From Malacoraja senta (taxonomy: Eukaryota), in NCBI GenBank assembly GCA_038087875.1, contig JAXLNO010000563.1, forward strand, positions 1-64,000: DNA of 64,000 nucleotides. The letters are read 5' to 3'. The position numbers and the translations under genes were made by a program. This document shows, piece by piece, positions 51,040-64,000 of the stretch; the stretch's first letter is position 1, and every line of letters begins with the position of its first letter. The notes beneath the pieces are model-generated. The model did no database searches. It saw nothing but the letters and a program-made list of their open reading frames with translations, and was not told where the DNA came from.

Positions 51040-54000
51040 TATAATATTAATCTCCAAAGAGAACAGACAAGGAAAATTGTACAAACAACAGACTGATATC
51101 AATTATAAATGTGGACTATAAATTATATTCTTCAATTATCTCCAAACGATTTGATGAAGACCAGACTGGTTTTATAGTAGGCAGACAAACACTGGACAGT
51201 ATTAGAAGAACCCTACATATAATACACAAGATTCAAAAGGAAAGTACGCGCACTGTCCTGATAAGCCTAGATGCGGAGAAGGCTTTCGATTGGGTTAATT
51301 TGGAATTCTTATATCAAACACTAGAAAGATTTGGCTTTACCGACGATTCAATTCAAGTTATTAAAGCAATTTACCAGCAACCTACTGCAAGAGTAAAGGT
51401 GAATGGATCCTTAACTGAGAGATTTGTGTTAGGAAGAGGAACGAGACAGGGATGTTGTCTCAGCCCCACCCTGTTTTCTATATACAGTATATTGAACCAT
51501 TTGCTCAAGCGATTCGTCAAGATAGGGAATTGAGGGGAGTAAGTATAAGAGACAGAGAATAGTAAGATTAAACGAGAACTTACCTAAGTTTGAAGTTTGA
51601 TCTTTATTTTATGAGGAGTTACCTAGGTGATTACGTGAAGAAACCCGCCAGTGCGCCTTCGGGTCAATCTTCAAAGCAGCGGTGTGAAATCACAAAAAAT
51701 AACAACCGAAGTAATATAGTCTCATAATAAAACGAGTAATACAAGAACTTCCATCTGACCTTTATGATAGAGGGTAGGGTCGTGGTGGGCACGTAATCAC
51801 CTACGTAACTCCTCATAAAATAAAGATCAAACTTCAAACTTAGGTAAGTTCTCGTTTAATCTTACTATTTTACTTCGGAGTCACGTGAGTGACTACGTGA
51901 AGATTTTAAAGCTTTGTGATTTCATGCCGTGGATCAATCCCAGCTTCTCACTGCATAGATTGACTCGGAACGAGAATAATCAATCATGCATTCATAATAA
52001 CATTTGTACCACAAATGCAGTAATTCATTTCAATAATTAAATTAATCAGATCCCCTTTAAACCAGAGGAATTTACACAGAACTTAAAATAGTTTCTGCAA
52101 ATAACCCTGCATGAACAATAGGCCGATGGTAAAAATGTTGAAACATCAACTCATTGGACCACCCGGCGGCTGCGAGAATATTGTCGACGGGGACGTCTTT
52201 TGCCCTGGCCGCCGACGTTTCTGCTGCCCTAGTCGAGTGAGACGTAAAAACATAAGTGTTAATACCAGCAGCTGTTAAGACTTCTTTTATCCATCTGGAA
52301 ATAGTCTGTATTGAAACTCTCTTTTGTGGTTTCTTGTGTGTGATCATCAACCCAGTTTCCGTATTCTCAAATTCTTTGTGACCTCAATGTATTGTAATAA
52401 ATATGTCTTAATACAGAGACATGGATCATTTGGAGATGCTGCTAACATAATTTTAAATCCTGTCACACCTGGCCTAATTTAGGTCATAGATATAGAATGT
52501 AGCCTTGTCTTCAGTTACTTCCATACTGTCTATTTGTAATTTTCCAAGTGTTTGCACTCGTTGTGCTGTCACTCATGCCATAAGCATGAATACTTTCATA
52601 CTGAGCTTGACCAAAGATAAAGACACACTTGATGACCATTCACAAAGTAGTTTCAGTACCACACTTACATCCCAGATTGTCACGTACCTAGGTTTCGGTT
52701 GTTTGGAATTAAAGATTCCTTTCATTAGTCTGGAAACAATTGGGTGTGACCCAATTGGGTTTCTTTCTGAATCCAGAACCAAATATGAGGACAATGCACT
52801 TCTGGCTGAATTAATTGCACTACTACTCAGACCTTCATCATAATAAAGTTTTGACAGAAATTCTAAACATTTGAAATATCTGCAGTACTTTATTGCACAT
52901 TCTTTTGTACACAGAACTCTTCCCATTTCTTAATATAAGAAAGGTACTGTTTTTGAGTGCTCTTCCTCCAGGCTGCCGTAAGCATGTCCACAGTATGCTC
53001 AGACAGTCCTCGTCCCAGAAAAGGCATTCTTAAAACCTGCAAATCAACAAATCCAAACGATCATATAATGGATGTTGTTCCCCTGTACAGGGTGCAGCAA
53101 TAAATTACTCTTTTTTGGGACTTTCATCAACATTTGTGTTGTTAATTCTAATATCAACGGATACCATGGCTGTGTAGGCCAATCTGGTACTACCAATACC
53201 CTTCAAGCAGCATCTTGCCTGATTTTAAGCAAACATTGGTTTATGAGTCAGAAAGGTGGAAATATATATGAAAACATACCACCCCAATGTAGCGAGAAAG
53301 CATCAATCGCCACTGCTCCTGGATCTGGTTTCCATGAGACATATCTCGATAGCTGATGATTCAAGTCTATGTCGGTCATTCCAAATCTGATTACTATATC
53401 ATTGAATACCTCTTGATTCAACATCCATTCTTTATTATCATGGAACTTTCGTGACCTGGTGTCTGCTATCGTGTTCATTCTACCTGGTAGATAGATAGCT
53501 GAAATCCAAATGTTCTTTTCAATACACCAAGACCAAAGTTGATTTAACCATGTTGTCACATGATACCGACTTAATTCCACCCATATCATTAATATAGGCA
53601 ACTACTGTTGTGTTTATTAATTTGAACTTGAACCTTCCTTTTAGTTGGGTTAGAACCATAAGCTTGGAGTCCATAGAACCCTCCTAAAAGCTCCGAATAG
53701 GTAATTCCCCATGTCTGCAGTAACACTAACTTTTCCTGATTCCATCTGCCTCCGCAGCTTGGTGTTAAGTCAGTTGCACCCCATCCTAGTGCACTGGCAT
53801 CAGTTTGTAATATCATGGAAGGTTGTTCAATCAGTACTTTGCCTGAACTGCTTGAGACATGTAGAATCCACCACTGTAGATTAGAAACAGCATTTGTTGT
53901 TACTTGCATGGTTCTATCAAAATGACCAGCATTTACTCTCAGTGCCTGTTCTTTGATTCTCTGCAGCTGTTGATAATGTAATGGTCCATATTGGACTGCT

Positions 54001-56520
54001 GGGAATCTACTAATTTTCCCAGTACTCGAGCCACCTCTCTGATTAGAGGTTTTTGCTCGTTTAACAGATTACTGCAATCTTTAATCAACTCCACCCTTTT
54101 TTCACTGGGCAAAGTAATTTGCATTTGGGCTAAATCAATTGTGAACCCCAAATAATCAATCGATGTACATGTTTTTAACCTTGATTACTTTGGATGAATT
54201 TAGAAACCCCCAAACTTTCAAAAGTTTGATTTTATAACTGCAACCGATGCTTCTGTTGACTGTTTTGTCCTTCCTATAATCAGGACATCATCCAGGTATG
54301 CCATTAATACATGCCCCTGGCTCTCAGCAACCCCAGAATTGATTTTAACAATTTTATGAATATTCTGGGAGGGAACGTTAACCCATTAGGCAGAGCTTTG
54401 AACTGCCCTAATTGGTTCATCCATGTAAATTTAAGATACTTCATATCTTGCAAGTGAACAGACACTGAACAAAAGGATTCAGATTTGTCAAGTCTATAAT
54501 AATCCTACATCCTCCATCCTTTTTTGATCGAGGGAATATATTTGACCCAAATTGGTGAATTTGGTAGACTGATTCTTCAATAACACCTTTTATATATACG
54601 GTTTTGAAGCGCAACTTGAACCTCCATTACTTCGCAAAGTGGAGAGTTCTGCTAGGAACATGCTGGACAGGCAAATCATAATTTGGATTGAATTCAAATC
54701 GAAATCCTTGTATATTATTCAGAATTACCACATCTGAAGTAATCTTCTTCCAATATTTATAGAAGAGACGTAATCTGCCTCCAACTTTTGGACTTAATCC
54801 AGTTAGTATGTTCCCCTGAGAACCAGGTCTACCTACCTCTTGAGTCATTTGAGTATTCTGAGATCCCTGGATTCTCCCGGAAGCACCACCACTGGTCCTT
54901 ACTCCTGCTGCAGGCCGCCAGCTACGTCCCTGCGTTGATGAGCGACTTGGTCCTGGTCTAGGATCCGTATGACGTCTGAAAGGATACTTCCTCTTTACAG
55001 ACTTTGCAACCATTGATGTTTTTATCAATCCTGTTTTCTCTTCATCTTCCAACTCTTTAATACGTCTCCCGAGATCCTCTCCAAAGAGTAAGTTGGGTAA
55101 TTGTATATTACTTGGTTTGCAGAGTGCTGCGAATTTCGGATTCATAGTAGGCCGTATAGCACTTTTCTCAGATAATTGATCTCGAAGTGGGTGCTGCATA
55201 GCAACCCCAGTGCTTCCTGATGCAACTTCGTCATCTCTTGGCTGTTACCTGCTATTCTGGTAAAAGCAGTTATTCCAGAACCCAGCAGCTTTAATATTCT
55301 CTGCAACTGATTCCAGATAATTTGGTTCACTGCTGCTGCTTTCAGCAACCCACAGTTACTTGGGGTCTCCTGCTTTCTTGCAGTCTCATCCATCTCCTGC
55401 TGTTCCAGCTGATGGTAAACCAAGTAATTTATTAAGGAGGCCAGTTCTTCTCCTAATGGCTCTCCTGACACTGACGGGGCAGCGAATCCTACTGCCAGGG
55501 GTGGAACATCTGGCAGCTGCCGTTCATCGCCTTGTACAGCCTCACCGCAGAGTCGGGGTCTGAAATCTCATGACCCGTAGCACGCTCCTCATCCCTGAGG
55601 GTGCATTCCATCAGCCCTGAGCCAGGTGCTTCCTGCAGCTTGGATTTCAGTACACTCCTTCCTGAGTGAACTTTGCTCCAACAGCCTATGGAAAAGGCTT
55701 TCTATTTGGGCAATACGCTCGAAAGCAGTATCTAGCCCTGTACCAGGAGCTGTTTGAGCTGCTTCCAGCAGCTTGGCTTTCAGTACACTCCTCCCTGAGT
55801 GAACTTTGCTCCAACAGCCTATGTAAAAGGCTTTCTATTTGGGCAATACGCGCGAAAGCAGTATCTAGCCCTGGAGCTACTTCCATTGCCTGGGACTCCC
55901 TCCATGGGCCGTTGGGATTTAAATTTTGTCTTTTGCCCGACAGGCGCTGACTGTGTTTTCACCAGCCCCAGGTCCACAGTCGCTATGCTCACCGCTGGCG
56001 ACTGTACCGGGGTTTAGAGGCGGTTGGTCTCTAACCGCGGACTCCCGACTTTCCCGACTTTCTGTCGGCTGTGTCGCTCGCCTCTTCCCCCTGCCCGTTT
56101 TTTCCATAGCGTCTGTGGAAAAAATCCCCATAGACCCACAGTAAACGGACCTGGAAAACATGAAAAAAGTTTCTACTTACCTTGTAGTTGAAAAACTACA
56201 AACCACTGGAGGAGCTCTGCTCCTCACGTCCGTTTGCGTCAAGGCATCTGACGTAATGATGCGCAGGCGCACTGGCGGGGTTCTTCACGTAGTCACTCAC
56301 GTGACTCCGAAGTAAAACATAAAATTGGCCTTTTGGCAGATGACGTAATGATGTATCTCACGGAAGTAAACACCTCCTTTCCAAGGATGATGGGGATCAT
56401 AGAGAAATTTAATTTTTATGCAGGATATAAAGTGAATATTTCAAAAACTCAAACCCTCCTATTTTATTGTGCTCCTGCAGAAGAAATCAAGCAAAAGTAT
56501 AATATTAAATGGAATTCAAT
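51040..56520 (+). mobile_element. L1/Tx1 RT fragment split by DIRS #3
   Basis: DQTGFI..SLDAEKAFD..GTRQGCCLSP (51111..51533) continues after 56317 as HKIGLLADDV. Confidence 0.9.
51560..56317 (-). mobile_element. DIRS retrotransposon #3 (distinct family, decayed; ~120-bp tandem duplication at 55640-55880)
   Basis: YR HSTRAA..AAGWS 52072..52350; MT 53248..53601; RNaseH QTDAS 53589..53909; gag 54627..55471; same termini. Confidence 0.95.
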
Positions 56521-56613
56521 GATCACACAGGATCAGGACCAAGCTTAGAATACCTGTGATTTGACTGCGTGAAGAACAAGCTGCAGGCTCTCTCTGGTCT
56601 CTCGGGTTTGTTA

Positions 56614-56850
56614 AGGGCCTGTCCCACTTTCACGACCTAATTCACAACCTTTTTTACTTGTGGACATTTTTCAACATGTTGAATAAATGCCCCGACCTAC
56701 TTGATGCCACGAGTACCTATGATTAGCATGACGACCTGCTACGACCTAACTACAACCTCCTGCGACCTCGTGACGACCATGCTTCCAGTATAAGTCAAGG
56801 GCAAACTGGGCAGAGGTCGTGAATTAGATCGTGAAAGTGGGACAGGCCCT
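56614..56850. mobile_element. PIF/Harbinger-like MITE
   Basis: TIRs agggcctgtcccactttcacga / tcgtgaaagtgggacaggccct; TTA/ATA flanks. Confidence 0.8.
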
Positions 56851-56859
56851 ATAACTTTT

Positions 56860-57170
56860 GCTGGACAGCGAGGTCTGGGGAAGGTGGAGTCAGCAGTGAC
56901 GATGGTCATGGGTTTGTGAGTGATGGGGGAGTGGTGTTCGCAATCCACCAGCATCCAAATCTGAGATCTGGACCTCCTCATCCACGGTTCAGTCTGAATC
57001 ACCAACTGAAATGGAGTAGGTAGTCAGAGACATATGATAAACCACTTAGGAATTTGAACCCGAGCATAGTGTAAAAGAGGAAAATCCATTCTTCCCCACT
57101 ATCAGACCTTCCTGATGCCTTTTGCAGAATTGATCACCGTCAGCTGATCAAATATTACCTACTTTACATG
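56860..57170 (+). pseudogene. Degenerate CD2/SLAM-like V exon (unit 3)
   Basis: gctggacagcgaggtctggggaaggtggagtcagcagtgacgatggtc matches 20846 onward. Confidence 0.5.
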
Positions 57171-57982
57171 ATAAACGTTTGGGAAGCTGCCTTTTACTTT
57201 GTGAACAAGTAAAGGAAGAAGGAATGACGGGGGTGAGTCTTTGATTTTGTTGGCTCTTTTTCCAAGGCAGTGTGAAGTGGAGATGAAGTCAATTGTGGTG
57301 AATCTGGTCTGTTTGATGGACTGGGCTACATCTACACTCTCTGTAATTTCTTGTGGTCTTTGGCAGAGCTTTTCCCAAACCAACTCCATCATCTTGCTGA
57401 CGTTGAGGGAGAGGTCATTGTCCTGACACTATACTACTGAGCTCTCTGTCTATTTTTCCGGTAGATCTCCATCTCATTATTGTTCATAATCCTGCCCACC
57501 ACAGAGATGCCACCTGAAGACTTGTAGATGGAGTTAGAGCAGAAACTGGCTGCACAGTGGTGAGTGTAAGGGGATGTCCAGACTACATTGACTTCCCCAA
57601 CTTCAAGTAACTCATATCTCACTCACTCTCTCTGTATCAGTGTGGCTATTTCTGCTCTGGGTCATCCATCTGTGATGTTGGTTCAGATTCTCTCTCTCCA
57701 TTACCCCAGCCTGAACAGCTGGGTCTGCCCCACAGACCCGCTCTTAGGCACATGCAACACAGACAAGGAAGCATAATGAGTTTCTAATTGCACCTATTTG
57801 CCCATTTCATCTGCTCTCCCCTTTCACAGATACTCCCTCTGTTCCATCCATACCACCTTCCATATTCTCTACAATTAAAAACTAACTTTACACACTTGCT
57901 CTTTTCTTATTTTTCAATTGTGAGAAATACAATTTCCAGGTATACTGGAAAGCACAGTGAGGAGTGGGGTTGTTGGATATAA

Positions 57983-60900
57983 TAGTAAGACTAAACAAGA
58001 ACTTACCAGTTTGAAGTTTGATCTTTATTTTATGAGGAGTTACGATGAGCGATTACGTGAAGAACCCCGCCAGTCCACTAGCGCGTCAATCTTCAAAGCA
58101 GCGGTGTGAAATCACTGGTAACAGTAATTGAAGTAACATGGCAAGATTAGAAACCTAGAACTATCAGATGACCTTTGTGATATGAGGGTTGGGAGTGGTG
58201 GGCACGTAATCGCTCATCGTAACTCCTCATAAAATAAAGATCAAACTTCAAACTGGTAAGTTCTCATTTAATCTTACTATTTTGCTTCGGAGTCACGTGA
58301 GTGATTCCGTGAAGATTTCAAAGCTCTGTGATTTCATGCCATAGATACGAATTCAGGCGTCTCACTGCATCAATTGACCCAGGATGAGTGAATAATAAAC
58401 AATGCATTGAACCATGGCATTGATTTGAACATGTTGATGGTTTATTTAACAAAGAAAAAACAATAGCGACCCCTCTCTCCCAGTGGGAAGCTATGAAACA
58501 GAACTTAAAATGGAATGGGCGAATGCCCCCGGTTCGGTAAGCGGTTTGTTATAGAATCTTTGAAAAGTCAGTTCATTTGACCATCCTGCGGCCGCGAGGA
58601 TATGGTCGAGAGGGATGTCCATTGCCCTCGCTGCTGACGTTGATGCCGCCCTTGTGGAGTGAGATTTAAAATTGTCAGTGTCTACTCCTGCACAAACCAG
58701 ATCCTGGTTCAGCCATCTTGAAATGGTCTGTACCGACACTTTCTCATGCGGCTTTTTTTGGCTAATAAATAATGCTCATTCCGAGCCTCTGAGGCTCTTG
58801 GTGACCTTGATATAATGTTGCAAGTGCGAAACTACACACAGTCGTAAATCCGTGGGGTATGCCGAAAAATTAAGCTTAAATCCTGACATCCCTGGTCTGC
58901 TCTGCTTAATTAAATCATAAACGAAAAACCTTATGTTATTTCCAGATGACACCATCCTGTTCAATCGCAGCTTCTGCAACGTCTGGACCGTTGCGCTGAA
59001 ACCAGCACCATGAGCATGACCACCTTAAGGGTGATTTGGGGCAAAGACAGGGATGTGGCTGGAGCCCACTAGCGAAGCAGCGTGAGTACCACATTCACAT
59101 CCCAGATTTCAGAGTACCTGGGCCTGGAGGGATTGGAATTAAAAATACCCTTCATAAACCGGGATATTAAAGGGTGAGATCCAACAGAATGTTGATCTGA
59201 TCCCAGCCATAAGTATGATGACAGGGCTCTCCTGGCACTATTGATGGCACTATAGCTCAACCCTTCATCAAAATATAGCGTTGACAGAAACTATAGCACA
59301 TCTGAGATGCATGCCGTGTGATATGTTATGTTCCCCCATAAACAGAACACCTCCCATTTCCTGACATGAGAGATGTACTGTTTTTTGGTACTATCCCTCC
59401 AGGCCGCAGTGATCACATCCACGTTATGATCGGATAGTCCAAGCCCCAGGTATGGCCTCCTCAGAATCTGCAAATCAATAGATCAATACAGTCATGTAAT
59501 GGATGTTGATCCCCAGTTACAGGGTGCACCAGTAGGTCACTACATTTCGGGACAGTCATAAGAGGCTGTGGTATTATCCCCAAAATGAGTGGGAACCATG
59601 GCTATGTAGGCCAGTCGGGTACCACCAAAACTCCTGAGGCGGAGTCCTGCTTGATCTTGAGCAAGCACCGACTGATGAGGCAAAATGGGGGAAATGCATA
59701 TAAAAACATTCCACCCCAGTGTAGCGAGAATGCATCTACCGCTACTGCCCCTGGGTCTGGTTCCCATGAAACATACTTCAGTAACTGGTGATTGAGTCTG
59801 GATGCAAACAAATCAATATCTGGCATCCCGTACCGAACAACAATATCATTAAATACATCATGATTCAACATCCATTCTGTGTTGTCATTGAATTTGCGTG
59901 ACCTGGTGTCTACCACCATGTTGAATCTACCTGGTAGGTAGATAGCTGAAACCCAAATGTTTCTTGTAATACACCAGTGCCAAATAATGTTAGCCAATCT
60001 ATCACAAGATTCCGACTTGATTCCACCCATGTGATTAACATACGCCACTGCCGTAGTGTTGTCAATCTGAAGCTGAACATGCAAGTGACGCATACAAGTA
60101 CAATAAGCCTTAAGACCATAGAATGCTCCCAACAGTTCTAAATAGTTAATCCCATGTGATTGAAGAATAAATGCCTCATGCATATTCCATCTGCCTCCAC
60201 ATCTAGAGATGGTATCAGTAGCATCCCATCCTAGGGCACTAACATCAGTCTGTAAGACAACTGAAGGTTTCTCAATCAGAACTTTACTAGAGCAACTCTA
60301 GTAAATGTTCACTATCCACCACTGCACTTCAGCAATGGCTTCAGCTGGTAATTGCATGGGCCTGTCAAAATGACCTGCATGTATCCTGAGTGCCTGCTCC
60401 TTTGCACATTGTAAATTTTGGTAATGCAATGGTCCAAACTGTGCAGCTGGAAAGGCAGCCACTAATTTGCCAATCACGCTGGCCACATGTCTAATTGAAG
60501 GTTGCTGCTCCACCATGAGCTTGTCACAGCCTTCAATTAAGTCTAATCTCTTGCACCTGGGCAGAGTCACAGACACGTGAGTTGAGTTAATAGTGAATCC
60601 CAAATAATCAATAACTCTAACTGGTATCAATTTGGATTTAACTGGATGGATGAGAAACCCCAATCTCTCAAACATGTGTTTAACAGCTGACACAGATAAT
60701 TCAGCTGTTTCCCGAGTCTTCCCTATGATTAAGCTATCATCCAAATAAGCCATTACAATATGACTGAGCCCGGAGTAGCCCCAGCAATGGTTTTAACAGT
60801 TTTGTAAATAGTCTCGGGGCCGAGGTTAACCCATTAGGCAGTGCTTTAAATTGCCATAATTGCCTCATCCATCTAAACTTCAAATATCTCCGATGATCCC

Positions 60901-62450
60901 TATGAACAGGCACTGAATAATATGCATCTTTAAGATTATACATGCCATATAACATCCTCTGGAAATCAGTTGTTTGGCAGTAACAAAGGTTTCCATTTTG
61001 AAATGTTTATACTGCACAAAGGGGTTAAGGCTCGTCAAGTCAAGGATGATTCGACATCCCCCATCCTTCTTTGGCCTAGGAAAAATATTAGACACAAATT
61101 GGTGAGGTTGGTGAACCGCCTTCTCAATTACCCCTTTTTTGTATAACTTTTCAATTTCAGCTTGTACCTCCAAATTATCTTTTTGTGAGAAAATGAGTGT
61201 CTGGGTTGGTGTATGCTGTGTGGGTGGCGCAAATTGAGAAGGAATTCAATTCGAAACCCTTGTATACTGTGCAGTATAAGCGAATCTGATGTTTTCCCAT
61301 ACCATTCCTTCAAAAAGAAGTGTAATCTCCCCCCAACTTGTAGGTGATTCCCTCTTAATATGTTCCGACAAGAACCAGACCCACCTACCTCCATGGTTAC
61401 TGGTGGAATTTTCTGCCCCCTGTTTCTGGGGGGTAAGGACATGTTCGCCCGTGCCCCTGTTGGAGTGCGCTAGCTGTGCATATTTATGAATGGCCAGCTT
61501 GGTCCTTGCCCTGAACCGGTTTCAGCGAACCCTTTGTAGTGGTGCTGCTGCCGAAATGAGGTTCTGCTGGTCGTCGGTGCTTTGATGAGTCCGACCGTTC
61601 TTGGTTCGTCGTCCAGCTCATTGACACTTTTAGAGAGGTCTTCACCGAACAGCAGATTTGGTGGCTGGATATTGCTGGGTTTGCACAGAGCCGCGAACTT
61701 AGGGTTGATAGTAGGGCGGATGGCACTCTTTCTCAGGCAATTTATCTCAAAGTGTGCATTGCACATGAGGGCCAGGGCATCCTGCTGCACATCAGACAGG
61801 TGGCCTCCATCCACCGACCTGGCGAACGCTGTAATGCCCGAGGCGAGCAGCTTCACAACCCTCTGAAGCCTCAGTTCCTGAGCTCTGATGCCTACGCCCA
61901 TATGACCCCAGATGGCATGGTTAACCGCCGGCACTTTGAGCAGGATACAGTTACAGTTTTTCTGGACGTTTCATCCATAGTATGCTCTTGAAGCTGGTGT
62001 GAGGCCAGGTAGTTTATACTTGCAGCCAACTCTTCAACCAGCGGCTTGCTGCCAGGACTGGTACCTCTGGCTCGTTCCCTTCATCCCTTGGGGTATGCTC
62101 CACGGCTAAACCCACAGACACGGCGTCAGAATAAAACTGACTCCGCATGCTCTCCTCCTCCAAGAGGGAGACATTAAGCAGCCCTGATACCCGCCGAAGA
62201 GACCCGTGCTGACACAACTCCTCCTGTTGGAGTGGATCTTGGTGGAGCATCCTCTCCATTAGGTGCTCCATCCTGCACAAACGTCCAAAGACGTTATCCA
62301 TTACCGGAGGGGAACCCTTCCGGCCTGACTCATCCGAGTCTATGGGCCGTGCAGACTTTTTTGTGGCTTTCCGCCCCAATGGTGCAGCTACGGTGCTCTC
62401 GGACACGAAGTCTGAAATCACTGGCCGTACCGCGTGACTCCGAAGTAAAA
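57983..62450 (-). mobile_element. DIRS retrotransposon #4 (third family), 5' leader deleted, inserted in the second Ig-like exon of unit 3
   Basis: RT YLDD 60298..60753; RNaseH/MT 59602..60183; YR 58491..59473; gag 61470..62450. Only cgtgactccgaagtaaaa remains of the 5' terminus. Confidence 0.95.
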
Positions 62451-62740
62451 TGGGTCGGTTCTTGCACAAATACCTGGAACAATTGTTCAGACATCCATGG
62501 AATCAGCAGCCAGAGTGTTAATTCCACCAAGACCATCACAACGATAGAACCAGGCAGCATTTCCATATCAGCTCTTGTTTCAGCTGGCAATATACGTTCT
62601 TACCTGAAGGGCACTAGATCAAAAGACATCTTTATAAATGTGTGAAATTTGCTTAACTTAGTGCAGAGTGATATGACCCGTCTGGAAATTAGTCTCGATG
62701 TTCTGGCAGGTGTTTGTCCTCATTTGCACCTTATTTCCCA
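62451..62740 (+). pseudogene. 3' part of the second Ig-like exon of unit 3 (5' part 57918-57982)
   Basis: RHPWNQQ/SVNSTKTITTIEPGSISI...NV*NLLNLVQSDMTRLEISLDVLAG. Confidence 0.5.
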
Positions 62741-64000
62741 GCATTTATATCCCAAATCACTACTAAACACCTCACATACAAAACATATCTCCTCTGTACC
62801 TTTCAACCTGAATTGTCCGAGTACTGAAATAGAGCAGTCTATTTCGACAAACACATTGAAGACCCTCGGACTATCTAGAATCAGACTCTACTGAATTTTA
62901 TCGTGCACTCAACGATATTCCCTGTCCTGTATCTGTATTCTGTGGACGGCTTTATTTTGATCATGTATAGTCTTCTGCTGACTGGATAGCACACAACAAA
63001 AAAGCTTTTTACTGTACCTTGGTAGTCTACGTGACAATAATACTAAACTAAACTAAACCACTCCTCACAGATTATGTCACACTCTTGCATCAGAGGCCTC
63101 ACATAATTGGCATGTTCAAACCCAAAAAATCTTTACATTTTTCCTTCAGTTCTCACGGAATGTAGAATACAGAGGGGCATTAGTCTGCAGAGAGTGGTGG
63201 TCTCATCGCAGCCCATCATGGACACAGCCATATCCACCATGAAAAGCACCTACATGAAGTGTTGCCTCAGGAAGGTGACATCTATCATCAAGCTCCTCGC
63301 CATCTGGGTCAGGTCCTTTCTCACTGATGAGTTGGGCAGGAGGTACTGAAGCCTGAAGTTACCAAGCACTCTTCACAGGAGGTTGCTAGGGAAGTCTCTG
63401 ATTTTTCTACATGAATCCACCTCTCTTCATCAGGCTGTGAAATTCCCAGTGACGTAATAACAGTGGTGGGTTGTTCCATATGTTACAACTCATCCTCTCT
63501 CCCAGAACACTATCGTTGTCCTCACATTCAGCACTCCAAGGGTTAATGATTCCAAATTCCAGCATCCTTGGTTGTAGGAAGGATGCTGGTTTATACCGAA
63601 GATCGACAATAAATGCTGGTGTAACAGGCAGCATCTCCGGAGAAGAGGAATGGGTGACGTTTCGGGTTGAGACCCTCCTTCAGACTGGATGTCAGGGGAG
63701 ACGGAAACTAGAACTATGAAAAGGTTCTGTACCTGCTGTGTCTATCTCCAACATACATGGACTCAGTTTACTCAGAGTCTCCACATCCTCACTCCCTCTG
63801 GATTTTGTCCCAATGGAAAAGGGAGGGCAGGAATCTTGCCGGATCACATCATATCCAGATCATTGACTACACAATTATTTCCTTTTTCAGTCTAAAAATA
63901 ATGTCTCAGCTGAAAGTAAATCATCTCATGAAAAACATCAAGTATTATTTTAATTCAGGGAAAGATGAAAGATTGTTGATCAAAGTTTGTTGAGTTTGGC

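Larger units (their letters stand above)
56521..64000. repeat. Right arm of the second inverted duplication, with private MITE and DIRS #4 insertions
   Basis: Reverse-complement match to 45748-50666. Confidence 0.95.

Noticed and set aside
57434..57622. Duplicated ORF as a host exon (also 48652..48891)
   Set aside because: THHCAASFCSNSIYK...VVGRI is a decayed Rex1 RT motif.
62451..62740. SEA-domain interpretation (IEPGSISI)
   Set aside because: The Trp position, the NL..SD..EI motif and the adjacent V exon fit an Ig V-like fold better; not fully excluded.
63890..63993. LMKNIKYYFNSGKD resembles interferon-gamma helix A
   Set aside because: The region is homologous to intron 1 of the secreted gene, the frame is not conserved with 32580-32675, and the exon boundary does not fit IFN-gamma.

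Overview
Eukaryotic, repeat-dominated DNA. The repeat repertoire (CR1 LINEs, Rex1/Babar LINEs, tRNA-derived SINEs, Penelope-type repeats with hammerhead motifs) points to a cartilaginous fish, probably a skate or ray; this is an inference. Mobile elements include four near-full-length DIRS tyrosine-recombinase retrotransposons from three families, CR1, Rex1 and L1/Tx1 fragments, solo LTRs, Harbinger-like MITEs, two non-autonomous Helitrons and a TIR element with TAG termini and a 3-bp TSD (Academ-like). Beneath them lies a repeatedly duplicated and inverted immune-type gene cluster. It contains four decayed copies of a CD2/SLAM-like two-Ig-domain unit, an orphan Ig heavy-chain-like C1 pseudo-exon, and an unrecognised small secreted-protein gene (TATA, signal-peptide exon, open exon 2, candidate last exon in two copies). 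Two large inverted duplications span much of the window (1-4.3 kb vs 24.6-29.2 kb; 45.7-50.7 kb vs 56.5-64 kb). Highlights: (1) two different DIRS families integrated at the same nucleotide of paralogous exons; (2) a DNA transposon carrying a captured SLAM-like gene fragment and inserted into a SLAM-like exon; (3) the orphan secreted gene; (4) conserved splice signals in the DIRS elements. All alignments were done by eye and no database searches were run.
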